Part shown: piece by piece, positions 1 through 12,800 of the stretch
Layout of the letters: the number at the start of each line of letters is the position of its first letter
Numbering within the stretch: the stretch's first letter is position 1
From: Ascidiella aspersa
Lineage: Eukaryota
Length of the DNA stretch: 64,000 bases
Reading direction: 5' to 3'
Assembly (NCBI GenBank): GCA_963924565.1
Contig: OZ004608.1
Location: 9,176,001-9,240,000, forward strand
Notes under the pieces: model-generated
What the model was told of the DNA's origin: nothing
The model's input: only the letters and a program-made list of their open reading frames with translations
The model's database searches: none
Made by a program: the position numbers and the translations under genes

Positions 1-566
1 AATATATACAAGATTAACATCACTGAGAAGAATGCTCTCCAGCCATAGGCGCCAAACTTTCAAAATTCCAGGGCCCTATTTTCTAGACTAGACAGTGCAA
101 AATTGCTTATAATTAAATAAAAAAAATGTGAGCTCTCATAGATAACAACTGTTGCCTGTTATCACTGAGCAAACCATTTTGCCTTTTAAAACTTTCTTTT
201 TGCAACTTTTTGGGCAGTACGCAACAATAATTAAAAGAACTATTTATTCCATATAACATAAAAAAACATAGTTTGGGTATTCTAATTATGGTCTTGTTTC
301 CATGTGGTAATTCAGAAAAGTTGAATGTGCTACAGAAATTGTTTTGCACATTTATTGATAACTTGGTAAAATTCCAGGCTGTTTTGACGCGTTATAAGAA
401 ATCAGGGCATTTAAAAACCCTCTGCACACCCACGTCCTGCGCCTATGTCTCTAGCTTATATATTTCGGCCAATAAATTTGCAAGGACACCATGTAACTCA
501 TTCATAAACTACTGCTCTATCAGGTAATACTAAACCACCACAGCTAATTCCATTGTTTCTCCTCAG

Positions 567-876
567 CCTGCCGCTTCACCATTTGCCAACCGACACCTGC
601 CAAGGTCCCTGCCTCCTTCGCCCAGCACCCTGTCGCCAGTGAAGCCGGAGCGCTGTGGCGATCGCTTTATTCCGAGCCGGGCCGGCGCCAGGTGGCACAT
701 AGACTTTAACATGATCTCGGAAAAGGGAAATGGCCGACAAACCAGCAAAGTGTCGAACCAGCAAAACCAGCAGAACCAGCAGCAGCCTCAACAGCAATCA
801 TCGCAGCAGCAACAGCAGACCCAACAAACCGCAAGCCAAAATCGAAAAAACAAAGATGTGAATGAAAATGGCAAAG
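567..876 (+). CDS. FZR1: FZR1 exon (C-box, poly-Q insert)
   Basis: cctcag|CCT...AAAG|gtatag; PAASPFANR...GDRFIPSR...ENGK. Confidence 0.93.
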
Positions 877-3800
877 GTATAGCAATACTTGTTTTTGATT
901 TCTGTTTTGTGTTTGAGTTCATAAAAGAATTTCTTAAAACGTTAGTGATTTAAGTATTAGTGTTTTTGGCTAAAAAGCATTTAAACCAGGAAATGGCACT
1001 TTTGAAATTTGGGCTGCCATTATAGTTTCTGTTATGATTGACTGCTAGTAGTTTTATGCAGTATTTTTTTGTTGTGACATTTAGTTTGGGACCATCTGCT
1101 CCATGTTTTGTATTGATAGCCAACTATCAACATGTCCTGTGTCTAAAAAAACTCTGTTTATAACTCACTTGTTGGATAGATTAAAACCAGAGTTTTCATT
1201 ACAGATAATTATATGAAGATTATTTTGTGAGGAATTTGCTTGTAATAGAAACATAGTTAATTTATCAAGATGTTTAAACCAAATTCCTATGTGTAGAATA
1301 ACACAATTTACACCACTTTGTAGTATTCCCTAAAATAATGATTTCGAGCTCCCAAAATTATAAAATGCAGGTCAAATAAACAAACTTCAAAATTGTTGCC
1401 AGATTGTACGTAGCAATAGTTGTAGGGTACTGATAGTTTGAAAATCATTCCTGTTCCATCTCATTTTCTTACTAAAAATGCTATTTAGCCTGTGTGATGT
1501 TGCCGGCATATGTTTGATGGTTTCACTGTGACATGTTTTGTCTCGCATTACATGTTTATATTTTTTCCCGCTACAGACAGTTTGACATACCTTTGCCTGT
1601 TGAGGAACGAACTGCTGGGGTCGGAAATCGACCGAATCAAAGACAGCCAATCAGAAGACAGGAGAGTTATGGGAAGTCCATGCTCAGAAAAAAAGAATCT
1701 TTTTAAAGTAAGCTACTTTATAATTTTGCAATGATCTTTTTGTATTTTTCTAAAGGCTATAGTGTTTTTCAGTCATGTGCACTGTAGATAAATTGTTTTG
1801 TCATCAATCAAAACTTAAGTCACCCCAACCTAGTAGTTTTTAACCCTTGAAGCTATTTTATGTGCTTGGAGTAATAAACCTAAATAAACCATAATATGCT
1901 ATGTGTGTTTTGTTTTGTATTGTTTGTGTTTGGTCTGTTAGCAGTTCAAATTTGCCACCCAATGCAAGTCGTGCCCTGATCCTTTTGTTTGTTTGTATTT
2001 CCCCCTTGTCATTCTCACTAATCCCCAGTCGCCAACAGCTGGAAAGGCACTAAATGTAAATAATAAACACCAACTTGCCACCATTAGCAACTCTTGGGTA
2101 GCATATACGTCATGCAGATCATGTGGCATGTAGTTTGCCAAATCTTTTTAAAATATATTTTAGTATGAAATCTTTGAGACGACTATTTGGTAATCCTACT
2201 GGAAAATCAATATTCAAAGAGAAGACATTTCCATATGAAGTGTTATGGTAATGGTTTAGATGTCTGTAATGGTAAAGGTTTACCACATTAAAACCTATTC
2301 TTCCAATGCAATCTTTCTTAACATGGGCAATTCAACAACTCCAACGTCTGGTCTTAGAATTATTAAACCATTTAATGTTTGAAAGAAAATCGCAGTGTCA
2401 TTCTAGTTTGTTTATCCATCAATTGATTGCAGCACATAACTTTTACTTTGTGCAAATGAGTAATTCCATGAAGTTCATAGCCGAACACTGAAAAAATTTA
2501 AAACCACCGCCCAAATTTCGTTGTTTATCAGCCAAATTTACGGTTTACGTAATATTTTTTCAGTATTCGCTACGAATGAAGCGAGTTGACTCCAACGAAT
2601 CCACTTCACCTTATTCCTTGTCACCTATTGGCTGTAAAAGGTAAGCATTGCAGTGCATGAAAGGTTATATTTACTATCTGAAAAAGACAAAACACACTGT
2701 GATGTACATTGACAACAGATTATAGCTCCTTGTAGTTCATGTTTTGAGACAAACGTTTTGGCCAATTTCTAGGAAATATATTTGTTTATTATATGCTGGT
2801 TTCAAACACAATCATTCTACACAAATCTGCATATGTTTCTCCTGCAGCTCAGAACACTTTGGCCACTTTAATTTTAACCATTATATCCCCTTTGTCACAT
2901 ATTATGTATATAATTACATAGTGCATGCTAGACACTGAACAGTACAAGAAGTCTAATCAAAACAGGTTTTCATGTATTTGGCTTTAAATTATTCATGTAT
3001 ATCATCTGAATCAAATCACATTTCTGCCATCTTATTGACATTATGGTCATTTGACGAAATAATTGTTTAAAATAATATGTAGCTAGTTACTTTTTAGTGT
3101 GACATAATATTGCATAATTATGAACAAATGTATCTATATTTATCGCAGCTAAATGTGTGCAACCAGATTCTAATTCATGTGTTTACTTTCAACCCCTGTT
3201 TTATTTGTTAAAATAGAAACAAAATATAAATATAAGTAGGAGAAATAAACTTTCCCTTAATCATTGGTTAAGTCTTAATAGTTTTGTGATATATCCATCA
3301 CCAATTCCTAAATGTGTTTAGCTGAGCAGTGATAGTTGCTTAGTAATTTTTTTTTCAGAATATTCTTTTTGCAATTGATACAGCTTGTATTTCTTACTAG
3401 TTAACTTAACTGAATTTTTTACTTTTACAATACTTACTAAACAGATCATTTTACTTTATTTTGGCCAGGAAGCACAGTTTCAGTGTGAGTAAATCTTTTT
3501 TGTTATTTTACAGCCAAAAACTTCTTCGTTCCCCCCGAAAACCTATGCGAAAGATTCCAAAAGTTCCATTCAAAGTTTTAGATGCGCCGGAATTGCAAGA
3601 CGACTTTTACCTTAACCTGGTCGACTGGTCGTCGACAAATGTTCTCAGGTGAGCAAAAATAATTATCGGTGGTCATATTTTTTTTGCTTTATCTTATCAT
3701 TTAAGGAATGGTTAGTTAGTCATCTAGAGTCCAGACTTTAACAACATTATTCGTTGTTATCTAGTTAAAAATAAGAGTAATATGCTAGCCTACAACTATT

Positions 3801-6800
3801 TGATTTACATTTTTTTAATATTTAACACACGGTGAATCAATTAAACGCACTTAAAGTTGTAGTTTACTTTCTAGTATTCGCGAATTCGATAATTAAATTT
3901 GACAAACAACAAAGGTTTAAATCACAATTAATTTGAAAGAGCTAGAAAAATATAGGTCTGTAGCCATCTGTTGCAAGCCGGTAGTGGTGTGCACCGGCCC
4001 CTTCGTAATCAGGATGTCGGCTCTGACGCAAGGCCTAATAGAAACAACCGGTGTAGAAATAGACGGGCGCTGCCGGCGAATCAGCTAATTGTACTGCCGC
4101 AATACCGGGACCCGATCACCGACCATAATATAATTGACGGTCCCACAACGCGGAAAAGTGGCAGCGATTGTAAATCTGCCCGCCGCCGCTGCTTTTACTG
4201 CCGCCGTTGGCATTTGCTTTTACAACGATTGCATCGGCAGGGTGCTGTGCCCGTCGTCATCGTTCAAGTCGCACGAATGTAGAACAACTAGGCCAGTTTC
4301 CCGTTTTTTACTGCCAATCTACGACCTTGGTGTTCCTTGTCACATGTGAAGCGAGCTACCCCTTTCCAGCCCGATTTTCGTTTTTTTATAAGAAGCAAAT
4401 TAAACGGGAGCATTGCGATTAGGTTAAAGCAAATATTCTGTTGGTATGCTCCACAGTACTTGGTCAAGTTCATGCAAAGTTGGGATGTTAAATTAGAGTT
4501 GTATGAATAAATAGTCAGGAAAAGTGATTTTTTGTTCACATCTTGTTCAGTTAATTTAAATATTACCGTCCATATCCAATGTATATATATGAAAAAAAAT
4601 CTGTATCAGAATTGGGTATAGGTTGTCAAATCCGTAATTAATAGCTTATCGCTCACGGTTCAAACAAGTAATTTTAGTCAACCTTTAGCAAAAACACCAT
4701 GTCCTAAAGCAGGGCGTGATTTGCGCAATTGTGAGACCACAGAGGCCCCTTGAAAAATAATGCACATGTCCATGAAATGCGTTCAAACCTGGCCGGCGCC
4801 TGCATGTGAAGAACCTGTCGATAAGCGGCGCATTAGGGACAACACTCGCCACCGGAGCCCCGTATCTAGCTCGTGCCCGTTTCTCGTTGTTACACCGAAA
4901 GCCGCCGGCTGTTGTTCTCCCGGGAAATCTAGGCTGCGCGTGTCGCCGGCCGGGATTTTATCGATTTACGTCGAGGTGCACTGCTGCTGCTGCTACTGTT
5001 ATTGACAACCGGTCTACCCTGAGCCCGGCTATTGGTATTGAATTCGAACGGGATTCGGCTTTTATGTGTTATCCTTGTGTAGCAGTTTACCGCCTTCACG
5101 AATCACTAAAACCAAACCGTCTTCTGGTCTTTATTTAAATCTCTTCGGTCGATATCGTTTATCTTAAAATACCGCTCTCCAGTTTAAAGCTTTACAATAC
5201 TACTTCGCGCTTGGCTAGTTAACAACCTATTGAACTGTGTAAATAGTCACCTAAAAGTACTACCATACATTTTTTATGTGCAAAATGAAAAAAAAAAATC
5301 GCCGAAATGTATACCTTTTAAATTAACAATGGGAACTCGCTATATGATTAAAAAAAAATTTTAAAAAGTAGGCGGTGTAAATAATAAAGCCTTGTACGTT
5401 TTAAAAAGGGCTATAAAAATGGACTTGTGTGCCTTGTAACCCGGGGTTGTCACCTTGGCATACTGCAACGTTCTGTGGATCTAACGTCTAGTACAGCCTT
5501 TGGTACGCCACGCAATCACGCATATAGGCAAGGCACAACCGAGCGGCAAAACGACAACTTACACAATAAAACAAACGTAAAAAAAATCGCAGCGCTGTTG
5601 CAACCCGTCTTTCCTTTTCCACAGCGTGGGCCTGGGCGCGTGCGTCTACCTGTGGAGCGCCTGCACCAGTCAAGTCACGCGGCTCTGCGATCTCGTATCA
5701 GAAGGCGACTCCGTTACCTCAGTCAACTGGAGCGATCGGGTAAGTCCCTTAAACTTGTGAAAATCGCATCTGTCGTCGCCCGCTGCTCTTCATGGCCTTG
5801 TTTTGTTGCCTTGACCCTTTCGACTCTTTTTATATTGTGACACCTTTGCGCCGCGTGTCACATGCCTGCTGGGAGACCTAGAAAGCTGGATGGATGTGTC
5901 ACCACCCAACGACCTCATTTACTTACTACGGCATATTACTATTAGCACTACTGTTGTGATGCATCATGAACTTTCGTTAGACCTTATAGTAGTATAGTGT
6001 ATGACTCATCACAAAAAGGCGGTATTGAAAAAAAGTTCAAAAACGGTTTTAGTCCCCGACCTAATAACACTTTAAAAGCACACTGCCTTATACCGTACCA
6101 ATTACACTAAAAACCTTGCACTATAGTTGTCTGCTACACACGTATTCAGTCTCTTCAGTTCGCCCCTAATGTATGAAAAAAACTAGTTTCCAACGAAAAA
6201 GTCATTGCTTTAAAACTAAAGTTACCAAGTATTTAGTTTTTAGAACAATCTCTCACCCTAAGCCATCATTTTTATTAAGTATGAGCTTAAATAATTTGTT
6301 TTTTTACTATGTGCAGCTAAAGCTAGAAGTTTAGAAGGTACTGTTGCAAAACAAATTTTTACAAGTATATATTTAGTCTTATGTTTACTAATGCCCATAC
6401 CATTTATATTTTTTTCGAATTGTATTAAAAAAACATCGACCGATCTAATTTTAAATGTTTAAAATACTATGAATTGTCATTAGAAAGTTCTTAAATTCTT
6501 TTTAAATGTTTACTTAAAATTGTGTGGCAATTCTGAGCGTAGTAAACACTACCTTATGATTCCTTTATGTCAAAGAGTAAAAAAGACTATCCGCTATCGT
6601 TCGACTGCGGTTGCAAAAGTTATTTTCAGGGGCCCTTATAAGATACAAGAAGACCTTGATCTAAAAACTCCTTGAAAAACAATCTTTCCAAATCACCCAG
6701 AGCTATAAGCTAGCTTAACAGTCAACCTATTTTCCCAGGGCAACCTCGTAGCGGTCGGTACCCACAAAGGCTACGTGCAAGTTTGGGACGCCGCGGCCGG

Positions 6801-9800
6801 CAAGAGGGTCACCCAGCTGGAGGGCCACTCGGCCCGGGTCGGGGCCCTGGCCTGGAACGGCGACCAGTTGTCCTCGGGAAGCCGCGACCGCATGATCCTA
6901 CAGCGTGACGTCAGATCTACGTCATCGGGCGCGCCCGGAGGTAGTGCCGATCGGAAACTGGCCGGGCACAAACAGGAGGTGGGTGGTTGTTTTTTTGCCT
7001 CTGATGTTTATGTTGTTGTTGTTTCGGTATAGTTTAGTGTAGTGCATTGGTTCTCGACCTTTCGTGGTTTGTGGGCCCCCTTTGTGTATTCATAACACTG
7101 GCCCGCTTCTTAGTTATCAATAAAAATGCCCATCAGTTTATACTGTATTTTCTCTTATAAAAATTCAAGGTTACTATACGAAGGTAAAATAGTAAATGCC
7201 ATCAAATTTGATTAAGCAGACCACTTAAGCAGATCGTCGATTTACTTTATATTTGCCTAGAGTTATTACAATAAAACTGCAAATTAGAGGGGACCCGAGA
7301 GTACCGGGCCTCGCCGTTAAGAAAGGAGAAACTATGGTCTACTAGTTACGGCCTGGGTATACTACGGCCCGCCAAGCCATATACCCATTTAAAGCAAAAT
7401 CAAGCAATTACGTTGTTTTATTGTTTTTAGAATACTAAATTGATTAAATTAAGCCCATCATTATTCATACTCATTACCACCTTGTCAAATCATGATCATT
7501 TAAAGTTACTTTTTCAACAAACTTTATATTATGTGTACTTCAGATCTCCTTTTAGACCCAGCCCTCCAAAACATCCCCGTACTAACTGTTTCGCCCAGTG
7601 GTTTATTAAAGGCCACGTTAACTAAATTGGAAGAACGCGTTTGAACTGTGCACACTGCACATTGTAGAAATTCCTTAGCCTAATGTCTTGTAGCACTCTC
7701 ATGTTTAAAAAACATTTGTTTAAAAAGGGACAGAGTGAAAATTAAAAAGCGTATATACAAAATGTCTCTTGGCACCCTGGAGCATTAAAAACAGTGTCCC
7801 GGTTGGGAACGACTGGTGTAGATACACGCCTTGGCGGTGCGGTGCGGATATGTTCGCCTTTTGCGTCGTCTTTAGTTGGAATTAGAACTTGTTTGTTTGT
7901 GTAACGTTTCCTGCGTCAGGTAGCACACCGTTAACTACCATCTTGTCGTAAAGCCTAGTCGGTGTTTTCACACTAATTACAACCTAGACTGGAAAGACGC
8001 ACCCTGTAGTACATTAAAATTATCTTGAATTTTCTACAAAATAAACCACTTATTTCCAATCCGGTACTGCACGTTGGATTTTAACTAAGACAACTGACTT
8101 TGTTTTAGGAACTTGCTTTCAAACAGAGTACGATAATGATTTACCATAGAACAATACGTAGGAAATCATGGAAATTTGTTGTGAAGGGTTTGCTTAGCTT
8201 GCTTATAGTAAAAACAAAGCTGATACAATGAAATTGCTCAGAAACTACGCTTTACACGACTCTGATATGTTCTTTAAAGTGTCCCTAAAAATAAAAAATA
8301 TGTCTCTAGAAGCCAAAAAAGCCAAACAATTATTTGAATAAATCCCAAATGTGTAATGGCCAACTAGTTTAAATTAACCATGGAGCATTGTTCAGTTACG
8401 TTTTTACAATCGGCCACTATTTGGCAAAACAATCAACCCAGCTGTCAAATCATTTGTGTGCAGTTTGGCACTTGTCAAACGCATCAACCAGTGACACATG
8501 CCTTTTGTCACCATTTGCGGCTTAATTTTGAATCGCAACATCATTATGACGTCATAGTTGGTGTGCCCCGATTCGGCTGCGTGATTCAACTCATCGCGGA
8601 AAGCGTCGAATACCAGGGATTAGTTGATCGCTGATGTGATAAAGAGTTTCGGAATACCTTACTTGCATCATAAGCTCCGACATTTCCTTGTAAACAATAT
8701 GCGCCATTGCAATAATTCAATTTCTCTGAATCTTACTCTTTACGCATTGGAAACTAAGTTTGCTCAAAGCTATTTTTAAATGCGGATGTTTTAAGGAGTC
8801 TGTTACTATTTTTGGAAAGCTTTATTAAAATCAATTATCTCTGTAATATTCTGATTTTTTAACTTCTACCGGGTATGGTTTTGCAACGTTCAGTGTTATT
8901 TTTTGGTCAACTCTAAAAATAAGATTACATTTTTAATAGTCCACAGTCTCCAACAATTACCCATCTTTGTACTTTGCCAAACTTAATATATTTCTCTACG
9001 CCCATTAGTTCAGCTTAAACACCATTATGTAGTTCATGCCTTATTTTTGTTAACATAATAACAAGGCAAGTCGTTTTCTTTGAAATCAACTGAGCCGTGA
9101 TTGATTGACTGATTAATGGCGGTGGCTTTGCGCGTAAGCTTATGCACGATTATTTCCAAATTCGAGAAGCCTATTATTACCTATACGAGCAATTACCACT
9201 ACGTTGTGACGCGGAGAATTACGTGGGCACTTAATGCCAATCGACCTAGAGCTCCAGACGTTAGTCGTCCCTACGAAAATACTACAGCTGTATTAAACCA
9301 ATATTTTTTTTAACTTTAGCATTTTATATCCATGTTCTCCAGGAGCGCTGGTGTACCTTGAAATGATTTGTTTGTCCATATTTTGAGATACTGCTATCCA
9401 TCAACTTTGCTATAAAACATAGAGAAGCTGGGAAACGATTTAATTTGAAATAGAAGTGTAAACTAGCTTGTTTTGTGTTCTCGCTCGGTCTATTCAAAAT
9501 CAAACTCTGTATACTCAGAACATTAATATTTTTCAAAGAATGACTAGAGGAAAAAACTAATTGTTGAAACTATACTATCGATAAAAAAAAGTTTCGTTTA
9601 AACCGCAGACAGTATGTGTAGTGGCAGTCGTTTTTATCCAACCCTCATTCAACTTTATAATGTCGGTTCACGCAGCCTTTTAAAACGATTTCTTCATTGC
9701 TGACAAAATCGGTAAATTTAACACATTTAAAGTTCATATTTGTTAATAATTTATTTAAAAGTCACATGTTGCTTCGGTTGGATGATTAAGTTAAGTATCG

Positions 9801-12800
9801 AAATAGTTGGGTACTACAACATCGCACTCCGTTATTACCAGCCACAGGTTTTTTTTTAAGGTTTGGTTTGGGTGACCGCTAAGTAGTTTTAAGAGACCGC
9901 AAGTGTTTCATTTAAATACCAAAAAGTTGCAAGTCCAAAATTTGGGAAACCGCTGGGGAATTTGGGGGACCGTTTCGGTCCCCTAAAACACCTTAAAAAA
10001 ACACTGAGACATCAAAGGTCGGTACTCGTCTGATAGTAGGGCGTTATAGGTGCCAATCAGATACCGAATTATAAGAGCAACTTCAGCAGAGATTTGCAAC
10101 CAAATATAGCAAATTCTACCTCGAAAGGCAAACAGATCAAAAAACAGTAGGTTAACGACTGGAGTAACAAAAAAGTGTGCAAAATATCGCATATCGGTAT
10201 CGAAATAAATGACAAGAATCTTACATCCCTACGGTCCTATACACACAATCGTAACCAACCTGTTTTCCACCCACAGGTCTGCGGCCTTAAGTGGTCCCCG
10301 GATCGCCAGCACTTGGCCTCGGGAGGCAACGACAACAAGCTGCTTGTGTGGAACGCCGCCACTTCGCACTCCTTCCAACAGCAGGCCGCCCAGACCTACT
10401 CGGACCACCTGGCCGCCGTCAAGGCCATCGCCTGGTCTCCCCACCAACATGGCCTGCTTGCGTCGGGCGGAGGCACAGCCGACAGGTAGATTTTTTTTTT
10501 GCTGATGTGTTGAATTTCGCGTTTGTGGTGTTAATTTTGGGCGCTTTGGTGCAGTTGTTTAATAAGAAGGCCGCTAGCTACCAATGTCTGAGGTTCGATT
10601 TCAGGCGGAGCTATAGTATGGGCCGAGAACCTGAAATCATGTCTGGTAAGACGTAATAAGAATAGCAAAGCACATAAACCATTCAGAAGTAGGTATACCT
10701 ACTTCTATATGGGTTTGTTTATTTTTACTACGTCTTACTACAACTTCCAACCATTATGCTCCAAAATATTTAGTAAAATTTGAGGCTATCGCGAGTTGCG
10801 ATTAAGCAAGTATCTCTTTAAACTTTAGAACCTGGTTCGAATCCCACTAAGGTGAAGCTCGGTGCCTGTGAGCAAAGCGCCTTAAAACTGCAGCTTTAAA
10901 ATTACGCAAAAAGGTTGGGCCGTGATCATAACAAGCATCTCTGTAAACATCAGAACTCGGTTTGATTTCCGCTTGGATAATGTCCGTGTTTGTGGGCTAA
11001 ACAGCTAAAAAATGTCCTAATTTGCTCAAAGAGGCTTTAGTTGCTATCACGTAGTCGTAATGGATTTCTGCAACTACAGCTCGCCTGCCATTTAAGCTAA
11101 CCGACAATAAAAAAAGTTGTTTAATACTTATAAAAAGTTGTGTTCATGTGTAAACTTTTGACTCACATACGAATATAACAGTAATAATATTAATAATACG
11201 ATTGATCTTGAATACATATTTCTTCATTTCCTATATTTTGCTCGATCCAGTTTAAAAACAGATTTAAAACGATGTTGCTCTGTTTTGTATATTTATGTAA
11301 TAACTAGCCAATATGCCTGGTTAAAAGCATAGGACGGTTTGGTTCATGGTTGTATTGGTTTGCTATCATTAGGCGCTTAGTTTTATGAACTGTTGTAAAA
11401 AATTCCATCCGTTTTCTTGTTGCTCCTCTGAATTTCTCGAAATTGCAGTTGAAATGCTGTACCTGGTAGTAAATTGGCCAACGTTCGTCAATCAATTTAC
11501 TCAGCGTTACTCATCCTGTAATAACAATAAAATCCGGCGTTGTTGGCCATAGTGGCTATAGTAGCACAGTGCATAGCTAACATTCCGGATATCCTTTGTT
11601 ATCTGTTAGTTCGGGGATTCGCGAAAATGTCCACTCTCTATAAACAGTCAAAGGTCGTTTGGAGTCTGAAGCCCACTAATAGTCCGCTATTGTGTTATAT
11701 CTCCATTTCTGCTATGAGCTTTAAAAAATCAAAATTATCCTATTGTGAGTTTACTATTTCCACCCAAAAAAAAACATTAAAAGTTACCCCTTGTGCATTG
11801 ACTAACGTAAAAACAGAATTATTGATCTTTTTGAGTTAAGATACTTCCAAGCTGTTTCATTTTGTTCTTAATAAGTTTTGCGTTTACATTTTGAGGCCTG
11901 TACATTTTAAACGTTTTCTTATGCTTGCATCAATACGTAATTATGCATTGATTTAGGTTGGTTTCGGGCGCTTGGGTTTGGGTTCTAATTTAAATTCCCG
12001 AGTTTTGCATAACTTCCATGCATTATTCCTAATTCGAAGTAAATTACTTTATTAACCGTGTAAATGGCTTCAGGAAGTGCCGATAGGCTATTTTTTTTTC
12101 GGATCGCTCTTCTACGCTTGCCCTCGTTAGTGATAATATGTCGTTTTAAACTACATTGGTGTCCGGGTAAATAGCCTCAGGAAATTCCTATAGGCTATTT
12201 TCCCGGATCCCTATTTTACGCTTTCATCAATTAGTGATTAATGATTATTATGTGTCGTTTTGAACCACTTCAGTACCCGGGTAAACAGCCTTTCCGAAAA
12301 ACGAAAAAACAAAACATAACCCCCTTATCGTTTCGCAGGTGCATTCGTTTCTGGAACACGCTCACCCAGCAGCCGCTTCAATGCGTGGACACCGGATCCC
12401 AAGTGTGCAACCTGGCCTGGTCGAAGCACGCCAGTGAGCTTGTATCGACGCACGGCTACAGCCAGAACCAGATCCTTCTGTGGAAGTATCCCTCGCTAAC
12501 GCAGGTCGCCAAACTCACAGGACACTCCTACCGCGTGCTCTACTTGGTGAGTTAAACGAGTTTTTGTTGTTATCAAAACTTGGCTGGGTTGTTATTTTTG
12601 TCGCTGAAAAGTGAATAACCGGAGAAGAAAGACAAAAAAAAAAAGTGATACAAATTCCACTATTTATTTATTTTGTTTGATTCAATAACATGTTACTAAA
12701 TAATACCCTATTCTGAATGCGTAAAAATTGACTTTTCCAATTAGCTGTACACTTTCATACTATTATATGTTTTTGATACAAGACCGTTTAGTTAACTTCA

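Noticed and set aside
10820-10860. tRNA-like B-box ggttcgaatccc (also gagttcgaacctc at about 42498)
   Set aside because: No complete cloverleaf or acceptor stem; treated as SINE remnants rather than tRNA genes.
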